Source: Octopus sinensis
Lineage: Eukaryota
Assembly: GCF_006345805.1 (NCBI RefSeq)
Contig: NC_042999.1
Coordinates: 110,050,001 to 110,114,000 of the forward strand
DNA length: 64,000 bases
Reading direction: 5' to 3'
In this document: positions 14,946-29,399 of the stretch, in pieces
Numbering within the stretch: the first letter of the stretch is position 1
Layout: each line of letters starts with the position of its first letter
Position numbers and translations under genes: made by a program
The notes under the pieces: model-generated
Database searches by the model: none
The model's input: the letters and a program-made list of their open reading frames with translations, nothing else
Told to the model about the DNA's origin: nothing

Positions 14946-16239
14946 ACATACACACAAACAAGTCTGTGTATAGAATTCTATTTTTTCTTTTTCTATTCAT
15001 GTAAAGACTCGTAACACTCAAAACGTAGCCTCGTAGAATTACGTCTTAAACATGGACATTACAGACAGGGGGAAAAAAAATCAGTTTACTAGTCAGGATG
15101 TGTTTCATCCATGTTAACTATATTTTATGTATTTGTTTTTTTTTCATTTCTTCCCCCACGTGGCTGTCAAGTATACGTTTTATTGTTTTGTTTCTTTCCC
15201 CCCTACTTTTTTTTTTTGTTTAACTTTCTTTCCGTTCCTCGTTTTCTGTTCTCACTTCATTCCTGCTAGCATTGATGGACACAGAAATAGTCTCAGTGAC
15301 GACGTCAAGGACTACATACACAGACAAGCTGTCACATTATTCCTACCGAAATATACTCTTGTTTGATCCAACCACTCTCGCATTAATTCTCTTTGTTTTT
15401 TGGTTTTTGTTTGTTTTGTTTTGTAGTTTATTTCCCTCTTGTTTATTTTATTTACCTCTCTGTGTTTATTTCTTGCCTCTACTGTCAAAGTATCTTGCAG
15501 TTGTTATGTCCATCCACATAACATTGTAAAGCAGGACGAGATTATCTTCTGAAGCAAGCAAAAGAAAAAAAAAAAAAAAGCATCGGCCAACAAACAAACG
15601 ATCGGACACCGACTTCTATTTTGTAATATAACGTGTGTGTGTGTTTGAGAGAGAAGAGATTCTATCATGAATGAAGCGAAATGTATTATATATAACCAAA
15701 TTATTATGCATGAACGTTTAGGTATTTCTTAAGTGGTATTTTTTTAAATGTACTCAGTTAAATAAGATTTAACCCGATATATATATATACATACATATAT
15801 TATATTATATATATATATATATTATATATATATATACATACACGCACACATTGAAATGCATGTTCACATGTCTTGTTATATTTATACGCACGTACTTTCA
15901 CTATTAACCTACGTTGGTATTTGTGTATGTGTGTGTGTATTATATATGCATACGTACACTGACATATATACAGTCAAATATATGCACATATATATACACA
16001 CAACTATGTATGTGTGTGTGTGTGTGTGTGTGTGAATGTGCAATGCATTTATAAGCCCGTGAACATCTGTATTTACATGTAGTTTCATTATATTCATTCG
16101 GGTGCAGGTAGTCATGAATATAAATTTATCAATGAAAATGTGTTGTTTTTTTAAAAAAGATATCTCTGCTATACACACACGATGTATATATATATATATA
16201 TATATACTTACATGCACACTCACACATACATACATTCAT

Positions 16240-16270
<31 letters not shown>

Positions 16271-16564
16271 AACTTGCTAAGCATAGGTACGTGTAAATAG
16301 ATATATTAACATGCCTAAACTAAAATAACAGTATGTGTATATAATTTATCAATCAAATTTCTGTCTATTACTAATGGGAACAATGTTTGAAATTTAAGAA
16401 AAAAACACACAAAAATATTAAACATCAGGTGTGTTCTTTAAAACGTTTGGCCAGAGTTCTAAAGTTTAAGTTTAAGAAAAACTACAAAAGAAACAAAAAA
16501 ATTCAGTTAAACGATCTGTAAATTTAGAAGTGGAAGTGCGCGCTAAAAGTTCTAGTTTCCGGAG

Positions 16565-16601
<37 letters not shown>

Positions 16602-18045
16602 AAAATTTTTATTTCGTCCGTATCTGCATATGTACGGACACGCAGACAGATGGACATACGGACAGATGTAGAATGGCCGAAGACAAGCAGCTGGACAATT
16701 AGTATGAATGATGCAAGTGCTTGTGTCGACACTGGACAATATAACAGAAGAGTCGGCGGCAGTGAGTAAATAACAACACCATTAGAACGGAACGGTGTTA
16801 TTTAAGGCGCTCAGCATGCAAGTAAGTCGTGTAAAGACAGATGGACGATGGCTGCTGCTTCTAGTTATGTAAACCATGCATGTGTGCATTGGCAAAACGA
16901 CAAGGATGCCAATGCAGGCAGTCGTATTAACAGCACTACCATTGTATGGACACCTTTTAGTCAGTGCATTAGGTTCCTAAGAGGGAAGATGTCTCACGTA
17001 CCAAATGCAGCTATACACATGCATATACATCTATCTATCGATCGATCGGTCGATCGTTCAATCAATCGATAGTCGGTTAGATTCAGATAATCACTGTATT
17101 ACGATAAAAAAAAAAGGTAGACACAGATAAATACTGCATTATGTTTGATATTATATATTATGTATGTAGGTAGATTATTCATTTGATTGATTAATACGGG
17201 GGATTACAGATAAATAAACGGTCGTATAGAATAACAAAATTTACGAGACAGCTATACGGATTCACGTATTAAAGACATTAGATCAATAGATAAATACACA
17301 GTATTTTGACCGATAGACATAAATATTAAACAGACAATTTGACATTAGATAGAGAAACAAATAAACAGAAAACAGGGAAAATAGACGGAGATATATAGAG
17401 GAAGATAATTTGACAGGTAGAAAGATAAGATCAATGAACGAATAAAATACTATAGAAACCGAACTTAAGCTACGATTCCTTCTTGGCGAAAGGATTTAGA
17501 AAATTAAAGGAGATGGAGAGGGCGAAATGCGATTTCTTTAGTCTGTAAAGCAATATATAGATTAAAGGAAAATGGTGCTTCCATGCTGCAACCTGTATGC
17601 TGGAACTTGTCTTACACATCTGACCATCAACATCATCACCTACACCACCACTACCACCAACACCAGCAACTGCTGTAGTAGAAGAAAAAACACTACCTCT
17701 GGCACCAAAGCTTAGGTGCCAGACATGTAACGAATGATTGTTTCGGATCTGGTCAATCGCATCTCCCTCGTTCAACATCACCACCTTGTTCGCTCTCGGA
17801 CTGTAAACTATAATTTTTTCAAGGTGACGACGAAGAAGGCGGACGAAATTGAGAGATATAATGAGTGAAATAATAAACAGAACAACGATCGTATTACACA
17901 ATTAATAATAATAATAATAATAATCATAACAACGATGATGATGAGATAATGATAGTAATACAGAAAGAGCCGGTCTTGATGTTAATAATAATAAACAATA
18001 ACAATAAGGCATGCTACGGAAAAGAAAGAAATCGTTGTAACTTAC

Positions 18046-18065
18046 CCCATGTATAATCCATTCAT
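18046..18065 (-). CDS. Candidate short alternative first coding exon MNGLYM(G), phase 2
   Basis: accaccacg ATG AAT GGA TTA TAC ATG GG|GTAAGT; lies downstream (minus strand) of a CpG- and GA-rich promoter-like zone. Confidence 0.4.
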
Positions 18066-18399
18066 CGTGGTGGTGATGGTAGTAGTAGTAGTAGTAGTAG
18101 TAGTAAACGACGTCGGAGTGTCAGCAGAAATCAACGAGAAAATGTCCGGTGTGTGTGTGTGTTTGTATGTGTATGTATATTTGATGTGTGTGTCATAAAA
18201 ACTTAGTAGTTTCTTATCTTTGCATTGCTGGTGACATACACGCACACATGTTCATATATACATACATGTATATACATCTATTGAAAAAGAAAGAAAGAAA
18301 TCTATACACATGCGCGTATACATGGGAGAAATACGTTAAATATCTACAAATGCATATTATATACATAAATGAATATATATGTATATCCATAGAGAGAGC

Positions 18400-18813
18400 A
18401 GAGAGTCAGCGGTTATGGCAGAAATTAGAAGAGGGCCGACTTGTGCCAGTCCATTTTGACTATCTTCTTTGCTTGTCTGATTACTACCTCGCTGCACGTA
18501 TAGCATCCTCTCTTTAGCATTCCCTCGGGCCAACTTGCTGCCACCGCTACGCTCTGCCCGTCACCACCACCCACCAACTCACTGCCGCGCTGCCGTCACC
18601 AGTACCTGCCGACACCCCTCCTCTCTAACTATGCACTCTTCCGAAATCCAAACTGCATTTTTTTTTTCTTTCTTTCTCTCTCTCTCTCTCTCTCTCTTTT
18701 TTTTGTGTTTTTTTTGTCTCTCTCTCTCTCTCTCTCTCCTTCTCTAAGCTATAAACGCAGATGAAAAAAAAATGATGACTCCGTTTGTGGTGGACAACAA
18801 CAATAAATAAATA

Positions 18814-18868
<55 letters not shown>

Positions 18869-19480
18869 TGTAAGTGGTATTATCCTCAGGCAAACATCGG
18901 AAAAGGGTTAAATCTGTGGGCTGGCGGGTCTTATCTGAGGTTTGGAAAGACAAAGGAAGAATCTGAAAAACAAGGTTCAGTCCGTGAATGCAAGACCAAA
19001 GAGGCCTCGTCGACCTTTAGGACAGTCAGTAGTAGCAGCAAGCTTGTCCAAGAGGTACGGTGTCGGAAGAATCAGGTATCTCTCTCGCTCGCTCTCTCTT
19101 TCTTTCTCTCTCTCTCTCTCCCCACCTTTGTCTATCACTCTCTTTGCTTCCTTCACTTTGTCACTGTTTTTCTCGCAGTTTATCTGGCTGTTGTGCTTGT
19201 CTTTTCTCACTAACTATCTCGAAACTCCTCTCGCTTTCTATTTGACTGCACACTCTTTCACTGTTTTGCCGAAGAGAAAGAGAAAGAGAAAGAGAGAGAG
19301 GGAGAGGGAGAGCTCCCTCCCACTCTTTCTGAATATATATGACTGTCTTTCCTCTTCTCGTGATCTCTCTTTCTCACATATTCACACACATGTATGTATA
19401 TATATATATATATACCTATGACTGTCAGTGCGCAATCACTCACAGTTCATACTCTCTCTCTCTCTCTCTCTCTCCGTCCT
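18400..19480. promoter_or_regulatory. CpG-retaining, (GA)n/(CT)n-rich, TE-free promoter or 5'UTR-like region
   Basis: Locally higher GC and CpG (18480-18620), many CT/GA tracts, no recognisable TE; function inferred. Confidence 0.35.
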
Positions 19481-21012
19481 CTCTCTCTTTGCGTGCGTGC
19501 GTGTGTGTGTATGTGTGTGTGTGTGTATATGTATGTGTGTGTGTCTTGTTAGCTTTCGAAGTAAAGAGAGGAGACTGTGTGCATGGACAGAGGCAAGAGT
19601 TCACCATAACTAGACTGACTAGGAAAGTCAAAGACTGTGACAACAAGCGACCGCTTGTCATACATGCACATATACATGCATAGTAGCAGAGGTTGCAATA
19701 GTTCTGATGGTGATGGTAGCAGTAAAGATAGATAAATACACGGATGGAGCAATTAGATAGATTGATGGATATACAGACGACAGAAAGAGGGGGAAGAGAA
19801 AGAGAGAGAGAGAGGGGAAATATAGTTAGAAGACAAATATATGATCCAACTATAATAGCTTCTTGGACTTTTCGTATTTATAGTTTTACATACGTGCCGC
19901 TTCTACGCACACATTTATACGTACACAGCACATAGGCTTAAGAGGTGGGTAGAATCAATCGTCAGTGGTCGGGTAGAATCTTATTGTTTTGAATGCAGTT
20001 CTTCCACTTTTACTTTTTATCCACGAACACATCTGTGTTTCTTCTGTACAAAATATGTACGGATTTGCAAGCGTCACTATTTCTAACTACCTATAACATT
20101 ATTTCTATAAACTCATATACATTATTATACTTACATGTATATATGCCCGAGTAATATTAATATACTGAATAGATTATATATATATGTATGTATGCATGAA
20201 AGTGTGTATGTATAAATATTTGAATATGCATGTATGTATGTATCACTATTTCATATTTACGATTGCGTTAATTATTTTGTGATAAGTGAAACAACGACGG
20301 GCGGTGGAGAAGATAAGAAAAATTAAAAAGGAGAGACAGTTGAGAGAATAGAAGAAGCGAGAGAACGAAATACAAATATAGTGTAAGCAAACGAGAGAAA
20401 GAGAGTGAGAAAAGGTTTGTAAATAGAAGTAGAGAATAGAAATAGGAGAAAGAGAGAGAAAGAGAAGCTGAGCGAGTGGTGATGTAAATAACACCAGGGA
20501 TAGAGGTAGTGGCAGAAAGACGTGGGAAATAAGAAAAAGATAGATAATTACACTAAGTGGAGAGAAAGGAAAATGAGAAAACATGTGGTGAAATAGGATA
20601 GAGAGTTCTTAACAGAGAAGGTTTAAAGCTCTAAGGAGAGAATTAAATTTATAATCATGTGTTGAATGAGAGAAAAACTGAGAAAGAAAAGGAAAAAATA
20701 AGTATCAGAAAGAAATAGAGAACGAATGAAAGAGAGAAGCAATTGTTCTTTCTAACAAAATCTTACCAACCCGTACAAATATTCGCCGGAATTTGTCACG
20801 AAAATGTAGTTATAACATTATCAAAAACTTTTTACACTTCCCCTCGCCCACAAATATACATGCATATGCGTATATGCTAAAAGTCGCGAACAGGTTTTGA
20901 AATTTTGAACTCGTTCGGTTACGTTAGAAAATGAACTTTGCGAGGGCCCAAATTGAAAATCTGAATATGTATGTATGGGCATGTGCATGCGTACATGTGT
21001 CTGTGTGCGTGC

Positions 21013-21064
<52 letters not shown>

Positions 21065-22389
21065 CTGTGTGCGTGTGTGTGTGTGTGCGCGCGTGGATGA
21101 GTGTGTACGTGTGTCTGAAGTGGTATGGATGTAATTTTTACATAAACGTCATTGATTTCTTATATAGATCATAAGTCACAAATTTATAAAGGATGAAAAT
21201 CGAAAATATAGCTAAACTTTCTTGAAGAAATAAGGCTTAGTAAGAGAAATAAATTCAGCCGAAAATTGAAACCGAGCTGAAGAAACAGCCCCGCAGGGAG
21301 GTCAACCTTTATTCCGAATATCGCAGTCAAGCGTTAAAACTGTTAAATAATAGATGACGACAATAACCACGGCGATGATGTTGGTAATAATGATGGTGGT
21401 GGTAATAATATTAGGAAATAATTACTGAAAGCTTAAGTCAGCCCCTAATCAAAGGCACTTAAAGCCATGACCATCCCGTCTATGGTAATAAGTAGTGATG
21501 CGAGGTAGATTTGGTTATTACATCAAGCAAAACGAGAGGCTGCGTAGATGTTACTTAACTCAGATGATGAAGTTTGTTTACAGCGATAAATACTAATTTA
21601 TTTTGATATTTTCTATATTTACACATACACACCTTTCGGATGGCTTTCCGCACTCTGCTCGTCAAACCAGGTCTGGTACACCCCGATCGTCCCCTCTCAC
21701 TCCAAAAACTCAACACCAATCCTATCTTTCTTTTAATTTACCTCGGCATAACCTCTCTCTTTCCCCCCCCTCTCTCTCTCTCTCCAAAATTTACACACAC
21801 TCATACACACAGTGACAGACATACGCAGACCGACATACACATACATACATACACGGAGAAACACACACACAAATACGTGCGCACACACGCTCACACAAAC
21901 ACACACACATATGCGCACAGACACAGAAACACACACGTTATCACTCTTTTTGCCCGAATGTCATATCATTCATCTTGTTACACTTTCTCTCTCTCTCTCT
22001 CTCTCACACACACAGACACTTTCTCTCTCTTTCTTTTCTCTCTCTTTCTCTCTGCCTTTAACGTTTATCTTGTCTTATTATAGCTATCTTTTTCCACACC
22101 ACCAACCCAACCACCCCTCCACTTTCATTCACTCACTCACTCACTCACTCACTACTGAGTGGCATCCCTCACCACAACTGATTATAAGTAGATAACTTTG
22201 TAAAGAGCAATGAAATTATTGGAGCAGTTGTCTCAATCAACAACTTTGTCATTAAGTTCAATTAGTTTTAGCACCTCTCACTGAGACCGATCCTGCTACT
22301 GATGTACAGGTTTACCGTTTAACAGCTTTCCACGATGATACCGTAAGTTCAACTTTGACTTTAACATACGCGCAACATGATTACATATG

Positions 22390-22435
22390 GTATATATATA
22401 TTTATATATATATTTTATATAATATATTTATATAC

Positions 22436-22466
<31 letters not shown>

Positions 22467-22472
22467 TATTAT

Positions 22473-22505
<33 letters not shown>

Positions 22506-22806
22506 TAATATACAATATACATATATTATATATACATATATATATATAATATATATTTATACACTCACACATACATACATACATACATACATACACACAC
22601 GTACACATGTGTGAATGTATATGTATGTATTTAAAGCACTTGCATGTAAACAAGATTATACAAAAATGTAGTTACGAGAATTACACGTACACACATGCAT
22701 CGATATGTGTTTGTACGTGCATATATATATATATACATATACATATAATATACGTATATATATGTATATATATATATACACACACCACACCACACACATG
22801 TTTATA

Positions 22807-22856
<50 letters not shown>

Positions 22857-22880
22857 TATATATATATATATATACATGTT

Positions 22881-22912
<32 letters not shown>

Positions 22913-23062
22913 ATATAATGTACAATAACCATGTAATTATATATCTATGCAATAAATCATTAACGCAATAAATTACATACTGCAGAAATACAAATGTATA
23001 CGAATCAATATATGCCAGTAAGTTTGTCGGTGTGTATGTACGTATGTACGTACGTATGTATA

Positions 23063-23096
<34 letters not shown>

Positions 23097-23596
23097 CATG
23101 TATGTATGTACGTGTGTGTGTGTGTGTGTTTGTGTGTGTGCGTGTGTAGAGTAATAGGTTTATAGGGAACTAGATAGATATGAATATGCGGTTGTATAAG
23201 CATGCATAAATACATACTCGCATACACGTATACGAATGTAAACACACCTGTACTTATATATATATATATATATATATATACATACACATGCGTGTACATG
23301 CAGTTCATACGTACATTTAAATTTGTACACACACACACACACACGCACGGACACTTAGTTCTGACTGTCGGAATAAAAATTATTACTCGAATCCATTGTA
23401 AACGTTAATATTTCATTTTGCTCGTAGAAGTCTCTTGCTACTCTGAATTTCGCCCCTGGGTACTATCGGTCTTTAAGGAGAGTTTCGACACAGGCGAAAC
23501 TCTGAGTAGCAAGAGATTTATCCGACCAAAATAAAACATTGCATGTGTATGTGTGTGTGTGTGTACGTGCGCACACGCGTATGTGTGCATGTATGC

Positions 23597-23628
<32 letters not shown>

Positions 23629-24432
23629 GTATGTATGTATGTATGTATGTATGTATGTATGTACGTACGTATGTATGTATGCATGTATGTATCTCTCTCT
23701 ATATATATATGTATACATACATATATATATATATATTATATATATATATATAGTCCTGTCTGTGTTTGTTGTATCGTCTTCTAAGTTTTTATGCGTTCTT
23801 GTCTCAGTTTGTATTTTTCTACATATCATAATATATATATAATATATAATATATATATATAAGTATATATATATAATGTACGTATGTATTCATACATATG
23901 TACGTGTGCGCACACATATATGCATTCTATAGATGGTAACGTGCCAGTGCATTCATGCTTGACACGTTTAATGGTTACAAAGACTGGACGGTGGTCAGAC
24001 AGGAATGATCTTCTTTGTAAAACCATTCATTAGCGTATAGAACAGATGACCACACCCGTTACTAAGACCAGTATAAGCATTTGATATGGACACTATATAA
24101 TTACACACACCCAGACGTGAGTGTGTGTGTCTTTATGTATGTGTGTATCTATGGGTGTATGTGCGTGTGTGAATGTGTATGTGTGCGCGCGCACACACAC
24201 ACACATATATAGTATGTATGTATGTATGTATGATGTGTATGTATGTATGTATGTATGTATGTATGTATATATATGTATATATATAAACACATGCGTGCAC
24301 ACTGACATGTGCGCGCGTTTATTTACGTTACGTACATACATCGTCATGCGCACCTATATATGTGTTATATGTCGGTGTTGTTTATATATATATATAATTA
24401 TATATATATATATATATGTGTGTATATATGTA

Positions 24433-24469
<37 letters not shown>

Positions 24470-24530
24470 TGTATATATGTATATGTATATATATACTATA
24501 TATATATATATATGTGTGTGTATATATGTA

Positions 24531-24583
<53 letters not shown>

Positions 24584-24585
24584 GT
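22390..24585. repeat. Cluster of (TA)n, (TATG)n and (CA)n microsatellites
   Basis: Visible directly. Confidence 0.9.
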
Positions 24586-24599
24586 GGTCGTGTTTTGTA

Positions 24600-24812
24600 T
24601 GTATTTGTGAGTTTGTGTTTGCCTCCCACACCATCGCTTCACAACCGATGTGGTGTGTTTACATCTCCGTAATATAAGCTGGTTCGGCAGAAGAGACCGA
24701 TAGGATAAGTACTAGGCTTACAAAGAATAAGTTCTGGGGTCGAGTTGTTCGACTAAAGGCGGTGCTCCAGCATGGCTGCAATCAAATGACTGAAACAAGT
24801 AAAAGAATATAA
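24600..24812 (+). mobile_element. SINE family A, tail half only
   Basis: acaaccgatgtggtgtgtttac...ggggtcgagttgttcgactaaaggcggtgctccagcatgg. Confidence 0.85.
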
Positions 24813-25060
24813 GAATATATATATATATATAGGTTTTAATATACATCTTGCAGAGGCTCTGGGAAGAACATCAGAGAGGCTTTTTAAACCACACACACAC
24901 ACACACACACATACAGGGCAATTCAGAAACCCTTTTCTTTTTAGCGTTTAGACGATATATGAAAATTTAAATTCGTTATTATGTTACAGTTTTGTTTTTA
25001 TAGGTTTTTAATAATTTGTTATTTTCATGTAAATATCTTATCACACACACATACATACAC

Positions 25061-25095
<35 letters not shown>

Positions 25096-25506
25096 TCGTT
25101 ATATAATTTAGAAAAATACCAAAGGATGTGGGAATTCTCATTGTCCTAAAAGTGTAATGCGGTGATTTATTTCGATTTTTCCAGATATATCTATCTGAAC
25201 TACCCGGAGTGGTCTAGGTGGCTGCCTGCAATTAGGCATCCACTCTGAAAACCATGAGCCGTGACAGCAGCGAGAATACTGTTGTGCAGAGGAGTTTAAT
25301 GAATGCTTGCAGGGACATGGGAGAATGCTGTGAAAGAGAGGCGAATTTTGAGAAGTGGGGACAGTCGGGAGTTTGAGATATACATTTAAAAGCTCAACTG
25401 ACCCTGGCTGTCAATCGGTTTCTATTAATGCCATGAATCACTGTTTGTGCGTGCTTTATACATTTATGCACACACAGATTGATCGTATGTGCTTGTAAAT
25501 TATATA

Positions 25507-25882
25507 TGGACGTGTCTGAGCGTAAAAAGTTTGCTTCCCATTCACATGAGTTCCAGATTCAGTCTCGCTGTGTGGTACCTCGGGCAGGTGTCTTCTACTA
25601 TACCCCTGCGCCGACCAAAGCGTTGTGGGTGGATGAAAACTAAAAGAATTCCGTCTTACACACACACGTGTGTGTGTGTTGTATGTGAATGCGTATATGT
25701 GTGTGTGTTTGCACTCCCCCACAACGTCTGACAACCGGTGTTGGTTTCTTTACGTTCCCTGTAACTTAGCGGTTCGGTATGAGACCCATAAAGTACCTTA
25801 CTTAAAAAAATAAGTACCGGGGTCACTTTGTTCGACTAAACACAGCATGGCTGCTGTCCATTGACTAAAACAAGTAAAAGTT
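25507..25882 (+). mobile_element. SINE family A, diverged full length
   Basis: gtgtcttctactata...gccgaccaaagcgttgtg and gtaacttagcggttcgg motifs. Confidence 0.8.
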
Positions 25883-26129
25883 ATAAAGCATGTATGCCTA
25901 TGAGTGTGATGCTTGTGGTGGTGATAGTGGTGGGGTGTGCAATCCAGAGTGTGGACACTTTGTGGGTATCTGTACAGTCAGTTTCTGTTCTAAGGGTAAT
26001 TCTTAGGACGATGCTGGTTCTATTTTGCATTTACCTTTTCGAAAAGCCTTTTCCTTGGACCACACAAGTAGCGTGGACACGGAAGATTTGCGTTCGTGGC
26101 CCATGGCTAATCCGTCCTACAACAATAAC

Positions 26130-26290
26130 AACAATAATCCTGAAATTTGGTGGTGGTGTTGTGGATGTTTAAGTCGATTACATCGATCCCAGTACTCGAC
26201 TGGTATTTAAGTTATAGACCCCAAAAAGATGAAAGGCAAAGTCGACCTCGGCGGAACTTGAACTCAGACGTAGTACCGCTAGGTATTTCG
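26130..26290 (-). mobile_element. SINE family B fragment
   Basis: gaccccaaaaagatgaaaggcaaagtcgacctcggcggaacttgaactcaga is the reverse complement of the family B core. Confidence 0.8.
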
Positions 26291-26792
26291 TCCATAAACC
26301 GAAGCGAAAATCCCAGGATATCGTACATAGTTGTATATACGCAGTCAATCCTAACAGAAGGACAGCTTAATCACACACTACGAAGAATCTTCTGCACTTG
26401 GCACTGTATAATAAAGACGAAAGAAAGCGTGGTGGTGGCATGTCTATTATTTCGACACCAATATATATCTGGTACTATAATTTATCGATCTGGAAAGAAT
26501 GAAAAGCAAAGATGACCATAGCGTGATTTGAGGTGTGTATAAAGAGCCGGAAAAATGCCGCAAAGAATTTTGACCGACCTGTATACGTTGGTACAAAGTC
26601 AGTAGTTTATTGGGAGGGACAAGTCGATTATGTTGACTCTCGTGCTTCAGAACTTTATTTCCTCGACCTAAGAAGATCAAGGCGGGATTTGAACTCAGAG
26701 CGAAAAGAGATGAAAGAAACGTCACCAAGTATTTGGTAAGACGGGCAAACAATTTCGCTACCACACCGCCCGAATAATATTGGTTTCAATTT

Positions 26793-26892
26793 NNNNNNNN
26801 NNNNNNNNNNNNNNNNNNNNNNNNNNNNNNNNNNNNNNNNNNNNNNNNNNNNNNNNNNNNNNNNNNNNNNNNNNNNNNNNNNNNNNNNNNNN
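26793..26892. other. Assembly gap (100 N)
   Basis: Run of N. Confidence 1.
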
Positions 26893-27486
26893 CAAGTACC
26901 AGATTATCTTCGCAATTTCGGCTTGATTATACTTGAGATTGCTCTAATCTGGCCAGCCACAAGGAAAAACTAAGCTAAGAGCATTAGAGCTAATATACAT
27001 ACATATAATATAAATTATATATATATATGCATATATACACATATGTATATACCTACATGTATATGTATATATACATGCATATATGGGTACAGGACGTCAA
27101 AAAAAAACGCTAACAAAATGAAAAACGAGAAGATAAAAAACAACAAAAACATGGAAAACGAACTTTTTTTTGGACAACGAAATAAATAAATAGAGAAACG
27201 AGACAGGCAACATAAAGAGCAATCCTTTCATCAGTTGTCCCCTGTTTTATATACTCCGCGTGGCGAAGGTTAGGACAAGACGCGACGACGTTAAAACACT
27301 CCTTCCCGCAAAGCAAATTAAATTTTGGGGTTTTGAGGAGGGCTAAAGTGGTAACAAAAACAGGACAGCAAGAACAAAACAGTAAAAACAAACGGTGTGG
27401 GTTGTTAAGCCATAACGATATTTATATTATTATATGATCGAACGCCACGCATCCATTTCCAAGTAAGTTTTATCTATCTGTCTATT

Positions 27487-27543
<57 letters not shown>

Positions 27544-28109
27544 TACACACACTCACATACATACATACATACATACATACATACATACATACATACATAC
27601 ATACATACATACATACATACATACATACGTACATCAATATATATATATTTAAAATTTATAAGTTTAAATTATTTAATAATTTTTTAAATTTTACTTTAAT
27701 TTAAATATTTTAATTTGGAATTTATATTTTTTATATTATATTTTTTTAAATTAATTTTATTCCTATGTATTGACTTATGATTTCACTGTTTGATTTGCCT
27801 AATAGTGGTTTTATCTCTAATTTAATATAATAGATATATATTTTATACTATAAAATTAGATTTAATCCTAATCTAATTTTTCCCTGTAAGTTTGGATTTA
27901 CTCCCTAATATTATTATTATTAGTATATATATATTGTTATATTTCGGAATGGTCATATTGCCAGTTTAGCCAATATTGCCAGTTTAGCCAGTTTAGCCAA
28001 AATATTTAACGTATATATATTATATTATATATATATATATATATATATATTATTATTATTATTATATATTATTATATTATTATATATTATTATTATTATT
28101 AAATGGCTA

Positions 28110-28697
28110 TTCGCAATATACAGCCAAAAGGCAACAAATTTGGTCGTTACTAAAGTAACGGAGGGTGCTAGTCAGCACCAGCATTGCTAGAGATAAGAGT
28201 CAAAACAACTCTTAGACTCATGAGAGCACTTTTCTAAATGAGTGACAAGGGAAGCAAACTCCCAACAGCAAGCGAGAGGGAGTCATATCAACGCTGATTT
28301 CAGATTTGATTAATCTTCATGAGTGACCTATTACCCCGTCGCCGAGAGTTAAAAACTCAACTCTCCTTGTAGGTCTTATGGAGAACACCATAGGAAGCAT
28401 TGACTGATTTCGAAAATAGTTGAAGTGAGAATTATAAATTATTAAGGTGGTCACTTACAATTTACAACCTAAAGGCAACAAGTGTGGTCGTCACTAGAGT
28501 AACGGAATAATAGGTCGCTGACGAAAATTAATCAAATCTGTATATCAGCGCTGATATGATTCCATCTCGCTTGCCGTAGGGAGCTTGTCTCTCTTGTCAG
28601 TTGTTAGAAAAGTGCTCTCAGGTAGCTAAGAGTTGTTTTGACTCTTATTTCTAACAATGCTCACTAACATCCTCCGTCGCTTTAGTGACTACATTTG
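28110..28697. mobile_element. Two diverged copies of a ~230 bp MITE-like unit in inverted orientation
   Basis: 28135-28340 is the reverse complement of 28490-28697 (e.g. ataagagtcaaaacaactcttag / ctaagagttgttttgactcttat); each unit has ggtcgt(t/c)act...acgg terminal repeats. Confidence 0.7.
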
Positions 28698-29399
28698 AGT
28701 GTGTGTATGTGCGTGTGTGTGTGTGTATGTGTGTGTGTGGTGTGTGTTGTGTGTGTGCATAATGTATGATGTGTATGTATGCATATGAAGTATATGAACA
28801 TAACGTCACTCACAGACACTGGACCAGTCATTTGCCGACATGTGCGCGGACTCACCACTCATTCTCTTTCACTTATATGCTACACCTCTCGGAGATGGTT
28901 CAGCTCACATCACGTCCACTCGGACCTTTCTACCTCATCACTTCTCCTTTCAGATCCTTTATTGCGCTTCAGATCTTCAGGGCCCCGTATAATGACTATA
29001 CACATCCTTTATTTGTCAACATGTCGGCCCTCAATTCTTTCCCTGCTTATGTCTTTTCTGAATATATGGGTGCCCCAAACAAATCTCCTTCCCGATAATC
29101 AGTAAAATACTGAAGGTCCCGGGTTCGTCTCTCTAAATCTTGGCGAAATATGTTCTCAGATGGTGCAGAGTGGAAACGTAAACAAGTTTCCCCCTTTCGA
29201 TGTTCTAATATTCTGAGGTTCTTTCCTAATCTATTACCCAAGAGCTCTACTACATTTGCTGGCACTGAAAAGAATGAAAGCTGGCCTAAGGAGGATCAGA
29301 ATGCAGCGCATGTTGTACTTAGCAAATACTGCAAAGCATTCTATTTCATGCTCTAATGATTCTTGCTCATTTTAAAAGCGAAAATAAGACAAGTTTCGA

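Noticed and set aside
17470-17901. 143 aa minus-strand ORF
   Set aside because: Non-ATG start, partly (GGT)n-derived, no recognisable domain, and its internal GTAAGA would give a phase inconsistent with the other candidate exons
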